A stretch of DNA of 64,000 bases, taken from assembly GCA_964532175.1 (NCBI GenBank), contig CAZHGP010000001.1, forward strand, positions 21,046-85,045. The letters are read 5' to 3'. The DNA comes from an uncultured Nitrososphaeria archaeon (GTDB lineage Archaea > Thermoproteota > Nitrososphaeria_A > Caldarchaeales > JAVZCJ01). The notes beneath the pieces were generated by a model. The model made no database searches and had not been told where the DNA came from. It was given only the letters and a program-made list of their open reading frames with translations. This document shows positions 1 to 8,599 of this stretch, piece by piece. Every line of letters begins with the position of its first letter. Position 1 is the stretch's first letter. The translations under genes were made by a program, and so were the position numbers.

Positions 1-539
1 AATATCAATTGCCAGGAATATATAGAGTAATAGATTGGCATAGAGCTTCAAGAAAATTTTTCAGAACAAAAGAGAAAGGAGGAGAATTTGAAACATGGTT
101 TGTTCATGCAGATGAAGCTGAAACTTCTTTAGCTTTACTTCTTATTCCTGAAATGGTTGAAATGAAATACGCTGTTAATACAGAGCCAAAACATTATTTG
201 CCAAATGGACATATAGATAATGCAGTAGATGGATTAGGAAGACCATCTATATGGAGTTCAGGACAAGGACATATGCCAATTGAAATTGTAGCGACTCCTG
301 AAGGAGTTGTTGGAAAAGCTAAACTTGGAGAAGCAAGGAAGGTTAAAAGAGCAATTGCATTTTTCTTAAAATATTTAACTTTATTAATAGATGAAATACT
401 TGAAGTATTTCCACCTGGAAAAGTACCGCCTGTTGAAGAAGTTACTTATAGAACTGAAGAAGAAATGAAGCCATATCTTTTACTTCCAGGAAGTAAAGGT
501 TGGAAACCAGTTTACGCTTTATTTAAAAGAGTAGATTAA
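1..539 (+). CDS. Creatininase-family amidohydrolase, C-terminal portion (5' end lies outside the window)
   Basis: The ORF runs in-frame from the window edge. The translation (…SLALLLIPEMVEMKYAVNTEPKHYLPNGHIDNAVDG…) resembles the creatininase/ArfB-type amidohydrolase fold. The first in-window start is only an in-frame TTG. Confidence 0.45.
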   Translation, partial: YQLPGIYRVIDWHRASRKFFRTKEKGGEFETWFVHADEAETSLALLLIPEMVEMKYAVNTEPKHYLPNGHIDNAVDGLGRPSIWSSGQGHMPIEIVATPEGVVGKAKLGEARKVKRAIAFFLKYLTLLIDEILEVFPPGKVPPVEEVTYRTEEEMKPYLLLPGSKGWKPVYALFKRVD

Positions 540-542
540 AAT

Positions 543-1529
543 ATGAATAAAATTATTAATGTAGGAATAATTGGAACAGGTAAAATAGGGAATTTTCATG
601 CAAAAAATATAACCTTATATACAAGCGCAAAAGTTTTAGCTGTAGCTGATGTAAATAGAAATGCTGCAGAAAATTTAGCAAAACAAATTGGAGCAAAGAA
701 AGTTTATTCTTCCTATATAGATTTAATAAAAGATAAAGATATAGATGCTGTTATTATATCACTACCAAATAATTTACATTATGAAGTATCGATAGCTGCT
801 ATTGAAGCTGGTAAGCATGTTTTTTGTGAAAAACCTTTATGCTTAAATATTAAAGAAGCTGAAGAGATAGTTAAAAAAGTAGAAAAATATAAAGTAAAAT
901 TTCAAGTAGGATTTAATAGAAGATTCGACTCTTCTTATGAAAAAGCAAAAGAATTAATTGAAAAAGGCTATTTAGGAAAAATTTTAATCTCATATTCAAA
1001 CACATTTGATCCTGAACCTCACTCAGGATGGGAAGCAAATGAAGAAATTAGTGGTGGAATACTTTTTACAACTTGTAGTCATGATTTTGATCTATTATAT
1101 TGGCTAATAGGATCAGAAGTAAATAAAGTATATGTTGAATCTAGGGGCGAATTTGGAAAAAATGAAAGTTTAATATGTTTTTTATCTTTTAAAAATAATG
1201 CGTTAGGAGTAGTAAGCACAATTGAAATATGCCCTTATGGACACGATGTAAAAACAGAAATAATAGGTGATAAAGCAGCTATTAGAATAGAAAAACCATC
1301 TTCAACATTTATAAAAACTATGGATAAAAATGGTATACATAATGATTATCCATATTGGTTTATAGAAAGATTTGAAGAATCTTATATTAAAGAAATAAAA
1401 GATTTTGTAAAATGCATCATAGAAGATAAAGAACCAAGAGTAAATGCAAAAGATGGAATGTATATTGTGAAAATATCTCAAGCTGCAAAAGAATCAAAAC
1501 AAAAAGGTAAACCAATTATATTGGAATAA
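543..1529 (+). CDS. Gfo/Idh/MocA-family NAD(P)-dependent oxidoreductase
   Basis: N-terminal Rossmann motif VGIIGTGKIGNFHAKN. Length 328 aa. It carries the EKP motif (FCEKPL) typical of Gfo/Idh/MocA dehydrogenases. Confidence 0.7.
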   Translation: MNKIINVGIIGTGKIGNFHAKNITLYTSAKVLAVADVNRNAAENLAKQIGAKKVYSSYIDLIKDKDIDAVIISLPNNLHYEVSIAAIEAGKHVFCEKPLCLNIKEAEEIVKKVEKYKVKFQVGFNRRFDSSYEKAKELIEKGYLGKILISYSNTFDPEPHSGWEANEEISGGILFTTCSHDFDLLYWLIGSEVNKVYVESRGEFGKNESLICFLSFKNNALGVVSTIEICPYGHDVKTEIIGDKAAIRIEKPSSTFIKTMDKNGIHNDYPYWFIERFEESYIKEIKDFVKCIIEDKEPRVNAKDGMYIVKISQAAKESKQKGKPIILE

Positions 1530-1594
1530 TATTGTAAGGATCAATTAAAAAAATATTTAAAATATAGAACGTTAAAAATAAGATATGGTTTTAT

Positions 1595-2746
1595 ATGAAA
1601 CATATAGAAAGAGTATTAATGGCTATTAACTTAAAAGAACCTGATAGAATTCCTTTAGATTTAGGTGGACCAATAAGTGGTATATCTAAAATTGCTTATG
1701 ATAAATTGATTAATTATCTAGGATTTAAAGATATAAAATCTATTATTTGGGATAGAATGCAAGGATTAGTAGAAATAGATGAAAGAATTTTAAATATTTT
1801 TGATATTGATTTTAGGCATATACATATAAATGCTCCAACTAAAAAAGATGAAAATTATAAAGAAATTAATGAAAATTGTTATATTAATGAATGGGGAATA
1901 ATGCATAGAAGGCAATTCCATGGATATTATTATGAAATAATTGAACAATATAGTCCATTATATAACGCTAAAAGTATTAAAGATATAGAAAATTATAAAG
2001 GAGCTGTGCCTCACTCTGATAGATTTAAAAATCTTTATAAAAAAGCAAAAAAATATTCTGAAGATGGATTTGCTGTTACAGCAGATGCATTTACTGGAGG
2101 CATTCTTGAATTAGCAGTTTGGCTTAGAGGTTTTAATAAATTTTATCGTGATATAGCAATGGATATAGATTTTGTAAATGCATTATTGAATAGAACACTA
2201 GAATTGCATAAATCTTTTTGGAAAGAATATTTAAATGAAGTAGGAGATTACATTAATATTGTTCTTTATGGAGATGATTATGGTCATCAACAAGGCTTAT
2301 TAATATCACCAAAAATATGGAGAGAATACATTAAACCTAAAGTTAAAGAATTAATTTCTCTTATAAAAAAAGAAGCTAAACATGTGAAAATTCAATTGCA
2401 TAGTTGTGGCTCAATAGAACCAATTATAAATGATTTAATTGAAATAGGTTTTGATATAATAAATCCTATTCAACCTAGAGCAAAAAACATGGATTCGATT
2501 TTATTAAAAGAAAAATATGGAAAAAATGTATGTTTTCATGGAGGAATAGATATTCAATATATTCTTCCAAGAGGTTCTAAAAAAGATGTAGAAAATGAAG
2601 TAAAAAATAGAATTAAAGCTCTTGCTCCTGGAGGAGGCTATATTTTAGCTGCGGCTCATAATATTCAACCAGATGTTCCTCCAGGAAATATAGTTATAAT
2701 GTACAAGTCTGCTTTAAAATATGGAAAATATCCTTTAACAATTTAA
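1595..2746 (+). CDS. Uroporphyrinogen decarboxylase (URO-D) family protein, MtaA/CmuA-like methyltransferase fold
   Basis: 383 aa. The N-terminus (RVLMAINLKEPDRIPLDLGG) and overall pattern are those of URO-D/MtaA family members. Confidence 0.55.
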   Translation: MKHIERVLMAINLKEPDRIPLDLGGPISGISKIAYDKLINYLGFKDIKSIIWDRMQGLVEIDERILNIFDIDFRHIHINAPTKKDENYKEINENCYINEWGIMHRRQFHGYYYEIIEQYSPLYNAKSIKDIENYKGAVPHSDRFKNLYKKAKKYSEDGFAVTADAFTGGILELAVWLRGFNKFYRDIAMDIDFVNALLNRTLELHKSFWKEYLNEVGDYINIVLYGDDYGHQQGLLISPKIWREYIKPKVKELISLIKKEAKHVKIQLHSCGSIEPIINDLIEIGFDIINPIQPRAKNMDSILLKEKYGKNVCFHGGIDIQYILPRGSKKDVENEVKNRIKALAPGGGYILAAAHNIQPDVPPGNIVIMYKSALKYGKYPLTI

Positions 2747-2836
2747 TTTTATAATAAAATCTAAGTCTTAAAATAAAAACTAAAAAATTAATAAAAATAT
2801 ATAAGCTTATATTGTAGTTTTTTTATTAAATATTAG

Positions 2837-3700
2837 ATGAGTACTACATTAAAAAAGAATTTTTTAGAATTATTAGATAAAGATAAAGAATTTAGATATA
2901 CTGTAGCTGGATATTTAGGATTTTCTGAAATTTTAAAAAGATTAGATACATTAGAAGAAGGACAAAAAAGAATATGGGAAAATATTGAAAAATTATGGGA
3001 GAATCAGAATAGATTATGGGAAAATCAAAATAAGTTATGGGAAGAAATTAGATTATTAAGAGAGGGCCAAAATAAGTTATGGGAAAATCAAAATAAACTT
3101 TGGGAAAATCAGAATAGATTATGGGAAGAGATTAAAGGAATAAAAGAAGATATTAAAATGCTTCATGAAGGACAAAATAAGTTATGGGAAGAAATTAGAT
3201 TATTAAGAGAAGAACAAGTAAAGCATTCAAAAATATTAGAAGAACATAGTAAAGTATTGAAAGAGCATAGTGAGATATTAAAAGAACATTCTCGAGTATT
3301 AGAAGAACATAGCAAAGCATTAGGTCAATTAATTCATGGTCAAGGTATTTTAGGAATGGAGCTTGGAGCTCTTACTGAAAGTACTTATGCTAATTTTCTT
3401 TTGGAAGATTTAAGTAAAATAATAGCATCTAATAAAGAAAGTATATTATTAAAATATAGAAATGAAAGAATTGATGAAAAAGATATAGACTTACTTGTAA
3501 TAACAGAAAGGCATGCATATATAGCAGAAATCAAAATTCACCCTAGAGTAGAAGATATTAATGAATTACTATTAAAAAAAGATATTATAATAAAAAATTA
3601 TCCGGATAAAGAAGTAATACCTATACTTACAGGCACATTAATAGGAAAAGATATAGAACAATATGCAAAAAGTAAAAATGTGAAGGTATATAAATATTAA
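2837..3700 (+). CDS. Coiled-coil tandem-repeat protein with a C-terminal PD-(D/E)xK-like (DUF3782-like) module
   Basis: Seven-residue repeats LWENQN(R/K), followed by EHSK(V/I)L(K/E) repeats. The C-terminus KDIDLLVITERHAYIAEIKIH fits a D…E-x-K nuclease-like motif. Confidence 0.45.
   Translation: MSTTLKKNFLELLDKDKEFRYTVAGYLGFSEILKRLDTLEEGQKRIWENIEKLWENQNRLWENQNKLWEEIRLLREGQNKLWENQNKLWENQNRLWEEIKGIKEDIKMLHEGQNKLWEEIRLLREEQVKHSKILEEHSKVLKEHSEILKEHSRVLEEHSKALGQLIHGQGILGMELGALTESTYANFLLEDLSKIIASNKESILLKYRNERIDEKDIDLLVITERHAYIAEIKIHPRVEDINELLLKKDIIIKNYPDKEVIPILTGTLIGKDIEQYAKSKNVKVYKY
2960..3320 (+). repeat. In-frame tandem nucleotide repeats, about 21 nt then about 18 nt period, inside the coiled-coil gene
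   Basis: The unit tgggaaaatcaaaataa(g/a)tta / tgggaaaatcagaatagatta is reiterated. It is followed by reiterated gaacatagtaaagtattgaaa-type units. Confidence 0.7.
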
Positions 3701-3764
3701 GTAGAGGGTCTCAAATTTTACTTTCTAAATTCCTCTTCTAAATATAAAAAGAAAAGTTATAATA

Positions 3765-4034
3765 TTATCCTCCACCTATTACTGGAAGTATAGTTAATAT
3801 AGAATCATTATTAATTATAGTTTCTAATCCATCAAGTAAATTTATACTTTTCCCATTTAAAAGTATTATTGCTTCATGTTTATTTTTTATGATATCTTCA
3901 AATATTTTTCCATATTTTTCTGCTAAAATTTTAAACAATTCCTTAATTTTAATAGATGAAGCTAATTCTATTTCTTCATTCTTCTTTTTTGAATAATCCC
4001 TAAATATACCATAATATTCTATAGTAACTTTCAT
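3765..4034 (-). CDS. MoaD/ThiS-family ubiquitin-like small protein (SAMP-like), C-terminal Gly-Gly
   Basis: 89 aa with a beta-grasp-like pattern. It ends …ILPVIGGG immediately before the stop, as MoaD/SAMP proteins do. Confidence 0.6.
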   Translation of the reverse strand: MKVTIEYYGIFRDYSKKKNEEIELASSIKIKELFKILAEKYGKIFEDIIKNKHEAIILLNGKSINLLDGLETIINNDSILTILPVIGGG

Positions 4035-4147
4035 TTCCTTATTTTTTATATTTCATCTTATTTTTATATTTTTTTTCTTTGGAAACAATATTAAAAGAAT
4101 CGATTTTATTAAGTATGCTCAAGTCATTTTTTATAAAACAATCTTGA

Positions 4148-4444
4148 ATGAATGTTTATATTTTAGAGCATATTAAAATGAGAATGAGCTTAGAAGAAAG
4201 AATGGCAAAAATTGAAGTAATATTAGAACAAATTGATAAAAGATTGAACCATTTAGAATCTAATATGATCAGCTTTAATGAAAGGTTAGATAACTTTAAC
4301 AAAAGATTAGATGAAAGATTCGATAGAATAAATGAAAGAATAGATAGCCTATTCAAATGGTTAATTGGATTAATATTAGGAATGTGGACTACAATAATGG
4401 TAACATTAATACCTATTCTCTTAAAAATTTTAGGATACTTATAA
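4148..4444 (+). CDS. Small coiled-coil protein with a C-terminal transmembrane helix
   Basis: RLDxxFxxRLDERFDRINERID heptad repeats are followed by the hydrophobic tail LIGLILGMWTTIMVTLIPILL. Confidence 0.4.
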   Translation: MNVYILEHIKMRMSLEERMAKIEVILEQIDKRLNHLESNMISFNERLDNFNKRLDERFDRINERIDSLFKWLIGLILGMWTTIMVTLIPILLKILGYL

Positions 4445-4566
4445 TCTTTTAAAAAAAGTAAGTTTTTATTTTGTATTTACTTTCTAAGAATTTTTTATGA
4501 ATAATTTTGAAACATCTAATTTATATTCATATTTAACTTTTTATAATTCAAGTAGCTTTAGATTTT

Positions 4567-4830
4567 GCCAGAAATAGCTTCCTATCATAGTTTAGCCCCT
4601 CTTTCTGGAGGTTGTCTATATTCCAAGCTTGGATTAGAATATAGACTTCCTATTCCTCCCATCGGGAGGCAATCCAGCAAGTAGTGGATAAACCACTACT
4701 AACCCCTCTCTATCATCCAAGCTCATAGGGCTTTTTCATTAACAAATCATTGAGGTTAAACCTCTCATCTATATGCCTCAAATGCTGAATTTCCTATGAA
4801 TAGGAAGCTTGGCTTCTGGCTAACCTTCCC
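4567..4830 (-). ncRNA. GC-rich structured element immediately 3' of tnpB; candidate TnpB omega-RNA (right-end RNA) scaffold
   Basis: A long-range stem pairs 4567-4585 with 4800-4820 (7 + 10 bp) and encloses nested hairpins. Local hairpins: cctccc-atc-gggagg (4655-4669); agtagtgg-ataaa-ccactact (4680-4700); ggatt/aatcc (4631-35 / 4671-75); palindrome tccaagcttgga (4622-33). GC is far above the flanks. Confidence 0.45.
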
Positions 4831-5595
4831 CTAACATGAAAGTATCGGGGAAAGTAGCCTTCTTTGATATTCAATAGTATTCTTTGCAATATTATTTGAA
4901 GCATTGTAATGTTTATTTGTTATCAATCCGCATTTTTCACAAATGAAAAAGCTATTTTTCCCTTTCCCAATCTTTCCAAAGCTTCCACATTTATAACATT
5001 TTATTGTAGTACAATCAGCATTTATTAGAATTTGTTTTAGATTTATTTGATTTTTATTGAATGTTGGCAGATATGTTAAAATTTTCATAGAATTATTCCA
5101 TAGGCTTTTTTCAAATGTTCTTTTTACAATTTTTCTTAACCATTCTGCATTTTTCTTATTTGTTCCTTTGCTATTATTTCCAGCTTCATAGTTTTTAAGT
5201 TCTTCAAATGAAATTATTGCTATTTCACAATTATATTGTTTAATACTTTCTAATGCAATATCAATAAGCATTTTTGAAATTTTCTCTACCCAATCTTTAT
5301 TTTGCCTCCTTATTCTTGCATTTATTCTTTGATACAATTCATTGTATTTAACTGAATTTCTATGAATTTCTTGTAATCTTTGTTTTTCTAATTCTTGAAA
5401 TATATGAGATTTAATCTTCGGTAGAAACCTTGTTTTCATTGGTTTTATTAAATTCTCTCTAATATTCCATATCCATATCGCATATGCAACTCCATATTTT
5501 GAATTTAGATCAACTCCGATTACTGAAATTCTTTGAAATTTTTCGAATTCTTCTTTGGTCAAAATTTCAATATTTTTCTTTAATGTTATATGCAA
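4831..5595 (-). pseudogene. tnpB: TnpB (IS200/IS605 OrfB) C-terminal part, covering the RuvC-like motifs and zinc finger; frameshifted relative to the N-terminal part
   Basis: RuvC-I is IGVDLN and RuvC-II is ISFEEL. The zinc finger is CYKCGSFG…CEKCG. In the RuvC-III position the sequence reads NKHYNASNNIAKN rather than DxDxNAAxNI, so the catalytic Asp is replaced. The upstream N-terminal ORF is in a different frame. Confidence 0.7.
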
Positions 5596-5605
5596 TCTCC
5601 AATGT

Positions 5606-6022
5606 TTATTTTTGGATTTTTTCTTTTCTTCTATGATGCCCTTTTAAATAAATTGGTGGTAAAACCATAGCCATCGTTGGTTTTGCACCATTTTCAATTT
5701 CTTTCTTTAGATATCTCATGTCTTCCTCAAAGATTTTTAATGAAATTCTATGGTATTTCTTTTCAGGATCTGTTATATATACTGTATTACTATCAAAATC
5801 GATGCTAAAACCAGTATTAAAGACAATTGGATGAAACATTGGAATTTCAAAGTTATTAAATTGTTTTAAAGATACTTTATAAGTTGCTGGAATTTCGAGG
5901 TTACCAATATTTATTCCTCTTCTTTTTTGAATTACTGAATACCTCCATATTGCTAATAGTTTTTCGATTTCTTCTAAATTTTCATTATTTATTCTTAATT
6001 TTATTGTTTTGTTTATTTCCAT
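5606..6022 (-). pseudogene. tnpB: TnpB N-terminal part (OrfB N-terminal domain), separated from the C-terminal part by a frameshift
   Basis: MEINKTIKLRINNENLEEIEKLLAIWRYSV is a typical TnpB N-terminus. The ORF stops 10 nt before the downstream ORF, which is in another frame. Confidence 0.65.
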
Positions 6023-6217
6023 TTTTTAATTATAATTTTTTAAAATAAGTATAAAAATATGTAAGGAAATATAGTACATTTTAAAAGAACACATTATACT
6101 TAGAGATAATTGAAAGTAAAATCATATTTATTAGCATTTCTATTCTAATAATATTGGAGAAACTTCAAATATTTTAGAGATTATTTATAAGCATGGAAAA
6201 TATTATAAAATTGATAA

Positions 6218-6420
6218 TATTCATTTAATTTAAAAAAAGGAATTCTTAATGATACTTATCAACAACAATTGAATATAATTTCTTCTATTCCATTTATTGG
6301 TGAGGAATATGCTGAGAGATTATTAAAGAATTTTAAAACAATTAAGAATATAATAAATGCTCCTCCTCAAGAATTAAGTTCAAAAGTAAAAATTCCCTAT
6401 AAAACTTCTATTGAAATTTA
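6218..6420 (+). pseudogene. Start-less remnant ORF encoding a helix-hairpin-helix (HhH2) domain, resembling the XPF/Hef-type nuclease C-terminus
   Basis: The translation …ISSIPFIGEEYAERLLKNFKTIKNIINAPPQELSSKVKIPYKTSIEI* has the I-P-x-I-G-x-x-x-A-x-x-L-L hairpin pattern. An in-frame stop lies at 6215-6217 with no ATG after it. Confidence 0.35.
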
Positions 6421-6580
6421 GAGAATTTTAAATGAAGAGTATAAGAGATAAAGATAAATATATTCCATAAAATTGTTTTTACATTAGTTGGATATCATTA
6501 ATATTCCGTAGGAAATGTTTTAAAAATTTTTAAATTAGATATATAAATCTTTAGCTAAAAAAATAAATTATAGAATAGTA

Positions 6581-7282
6581 GTGATTATTATGAATAATTT
6601 CAGAGAATCAGCATTAAAATTTACTAAAGAGAAAAATTTAAGAATTGTTTTAGCTTTAGATTTTAAAAATCTTGAAGAAGCATTAAAAATAGCTAATGAA
6701 TGTTATAAAGCTGGTATTGAATGGATTGAAGCTGGCACTCCATTAATAAAAAGTGTAGGTATGAAAGCTGTTAAAGAAATTAAGAAAAATTTTCCAAATG
6801 CTTGTGTTATAGCTGATTTAAAAACTTTAGATGCTGGTGCTTTAGAAGTAGAAATTGCTTCTGAAGCAGGTGCAAATATAATAACAATCTCAGGATTAGC
6901 TAGTTCTCAAACAATTATTGAAGCATTAGATTCTGCTAAAAAATATAATTCAAAAATAATGATAGATTTAATGTATGTAAAAAACATTCTTAAAAAATCA
7001 ATTGAATATTCAAAAATTGGTGTTGATTTTCTATGCTTACATACTGGTTTAGATATACAAAAAACTGGAGCTTCAATAATTAATAAAGCTTCTTTATTGA
7101 AAAAAATTAAAGCTTCTGTAAAAATTCCTATAGCTATTGCAGGAGGAATAAATTTAGAAAATTTAGATAATCTTTTAATTTTTAAGCCGGATATCATAAT
7201 AATTGGTAGAGCTATAACTAATTCAAATAATCCATATAAAGTTGCACTTGAATTTGTTAAAAGAATAAAAATAAATCTTTAA
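6581..7282 (+). CDS. 3-hexulose-6-phosphate synthase / OMPDC-superfamily (HPS/KGPDC-like)
   Basis: Motifs LRIVLALDF, IEAGTPL and ADLKTLDAG match HPS. Length 233 aa. Confidence 0.6.
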   Translation: MIIMNNFRESALKFTKEKNLRIVLALDFKNLEEALKIANECYKAGIEWIEAGTPLIKSVGMKAVKEIKKNFPNACVIADLKTLDAGALEVEIASEAGANIITISGLASSQTIIEALDSAKKYNSKIMIDLMYVKNILKKSIEYSKIGVDFLCLHTGLDIQKTGASIINKASLLKKIKASVKIPIAIAGGINLENLDNLLIFKPDIIIIGRAITNSNNPYKVALEFVKRIKINL

Positions 7283-7309
7283 ATGCTTAGAAATTGATTA
7301 TTTTAAGGT

Positions 7310-7672
7310 ATGAATATGTCTCACCCGATTATTAAAATGTTAAGTTGGAAAACAAGACTTTTAAGTGAAGAAGAAATAATTCAAGTACTTGCAGCAATAG
7401 CAAATATTAATTTAAATGAATTTATGCTTAAAGATATTATCAATTTTCTTCCTGAAAAAATTTCAAATGATAAAAGAAAAAGGAGAAGTATTTCTTCATT
7501 CTTAGAAACTTTAGTAGAAATTGGTTATTTAAAAAAGCCATCAGAAAGAAAATGGTCAAAAGTAACATCTTCTTTAAGTCATTTTTTAAGTCCATTATTA
7601 TTAGAATTAAGTGAATTGGAAAGAAAACCAATTAAAAAAGAAGAAGAAAAGAGAGTAATCAAGTTTTCTTAA
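7310..7672 (+). CDS. Hypothetical protein
   Basis: ORF only. Its 3' end overlaps the convergent hjc gene by 14 nt. Confidence 0.3.
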   Translation: MNMSHPIIKMLSWKTRLLSEEEIIQVLAAIANINLNEFMLKDIINFLPEKISNDKRKRRSISSFLETLVEIGYLKKPSERKWSKVTSSLSHFLSPLLLELSELERKPIKKEEEKRVIKFS

Positions 7673-8090
7673 TTTTTTTATCAGTTTTAATTATTAATGA
7701 ATTTTCTATTTCTACTGGAATTTCTAAAAATTTCCATTCTCTATTAAGAAATCTTACAGCTAAAACAGGTTTTGGAGAAAATTCTTTTCCACAATGAGGG
7801 CATTTTACAATGAATTTTTCACAAAATTCTTTTATACGTTTAATTTGTTCTTTATTTAGCATAATATAATCTTTACGAGTTGATTTTACTTCTATAGCAA
7901 GTAGATTTCCATTATCTACTGCTATTAAATCTGGTTTAGCCATTTTACCTGATCCGCTTCCAGGAGTTCTAATAGCATAAAATCCAGCTTTTCCTATATC
8001 CAAGAATTTTTTTAATAAATAATATTCTCCTTCATATCCTATTCGTGCTTTATATTTAGGAGAACTAATTTCCTTAGGCTTTCTAGGCAA
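7659..8090 (-). CDS. hjc: Holliday junction resolvase Hjc-family, with an inserted zinc ribbon
   Basis: GYEGEYYLLKKFLDIGKAGFYAIRTPGSGSG … PDLIAVDNGNLLAIEVKST reproduces the Hjc pattern (G-x-x-E … D … E-V-K). CPHCGKEF is a Cys pair. Confidence 0.7.
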   Translation of the reverse strand: MPRKPKEISSPKYKARIGYEGEYYLLKKFLDIGKAGFYAIRTPGSGSGKMAKPDLIAVDNGNLLAIEVKSTRKDYIMLNKEQIKRIKEFCEKFIVKCPHCGKEFSPKPVLAVRFLNREWKFLEIPVEIENSLIIKTDKKIKKT

Positions 8091-8209
8091 AATTCATCAA
8101 AAAATTATTGTTTTATAAGAATAAAAAATTTAATAAACAAAATAAATAAAGAAATATTTATTTACTTCAATTTTTTCTTTTTTATTACTAAAAAGAGGAG
8201 AAAAACATT

Positions 8210-8509
8210 ATGGCAGAAGAAGCAGTAATACTTGTAGGTAAAAAACCTTTGATGAACTATGTTCTTGCAGCAACAATGCCTCTTGCAGATGGAAAAAAAG
8301 TAGTTTTAAAAGCACGTGGAAGAGCTATTAGTAGAGCTGTTGATATAGCTGAAATAATTAAAAGAAGATTTGTACAAAATGCTGTATATGAAAGAATCAA
8401 TATAGGTACTGAAGAAGGAAGAGTTGGAACAGATAATCGTCCAAGAAACGTTAGTACTATAGAAATCGTTGTTTCTGCACCAAGCGAAAAATCTAAAAAA
8501 TCTAAATAG
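8210..8509 (+). CDS. albA: Alba, DNA/RNA-binding chromatin protein
   Basis: 99 aa: ILVGKKPLMNYVLAATMPLADGKKVVLKARGRAISRAVDIAEIIKRRF … is the canonical Alba sequence pattern. GGAG lies 10 nt upstream of the ATG. Confidence 0.9.
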   Translation: MAEEAVILVGKKPLMNYVLAATMPLADGKKVVLKARGRAISRAVDIAEIIKRRFVQNAVYERINIGTEEGRVGTDNRPRNVSTIEIVVSAPSEKSKKSK

Positions 8510-8528
8510 CATAGAATTTCCTATAAAA

Positions 8529-8575
8529 AGCTCACGCTAGGTTTTCCCTGGCGTTGAGCTATTTTTTATTTTTAA
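8529..8575. terminator. Hairpin (9 bp stem with one bulge) followed by a T-run between the convergent alba and geranylgeranyl reductase genes
   Basis: agctcacgc (8529-8537) pairs with gcg(t)tgagct (8551-8560), followed by attttttatttttaaatttt. Confidence 0.4.
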
Positions 8576-8599
8576 ATTTTTATATAAAAGAATAATAAA

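Larger units (their letters stand above)
4567..6040 (-). mobile_element. Degenerate IS200/IS605-family (IS1341-like, tnpB-only) element
   Basis: Split tnpB plus a structured right-end region. No tnpA is present and the left boundary is not resolved. Confidence 0.5.

Noticed and set aside
2960-3320. Regular 21-nt and 18-nt direct repeats that could superficially resemble a CRISPR array
   Set aside because: The repeats are contiguous with no unique spacers, are in-frame within a long ORF, and encode LWENQN(R/K) and EHSKVLKE peptide repeats. There are no cas genes. It is a coding tandem repeat, not a CRISPR.
4156-4356. Antisense 66-aa ORF inside the coiled-coil membrane protein gene, and similar shadow ORFs (6907-7197, 7440-7631, 8306-8512, 9627-9815, 10848-11051, 11633-11878, 14090-14284, 15253-15447, 17366-17692, 22073-22342, 26107-26328, 30037-30451, 32062-32262, 32662-32937, 33738-33992, 35667-35867, 35994-36284, 36958-37146, 37610-37798, 41215-41397, 41814-42074, 42473-42766, 43080-43268, 45441-45647, 46140-46337, 49886-50158, 50309-50548, 52920-53120, 56617-56952, 57034-57375, 60403-60705, 61674-61856)
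   Set aside because: They lie wholly inside longer, well-supported genes on the other strand or frame, have low-complexity Leu/Ile/Phe/Ser-rich translations, and lack recognisable motifs. This is the typical out-of-frame noise in AT-rich DNA.
4567-4830. GC-rich structured region considered as a tRNA, SRP RNA or RNase P RNA
   Set aside because: No T-loop/anticodon-arm cloverleaf, no RNase P CR-I/CR-V boxes and no SRP domain-IV motif are recognisable. Its position directly 3' of tnpB on the same strand favours an IS right-end / omega-RNA element.
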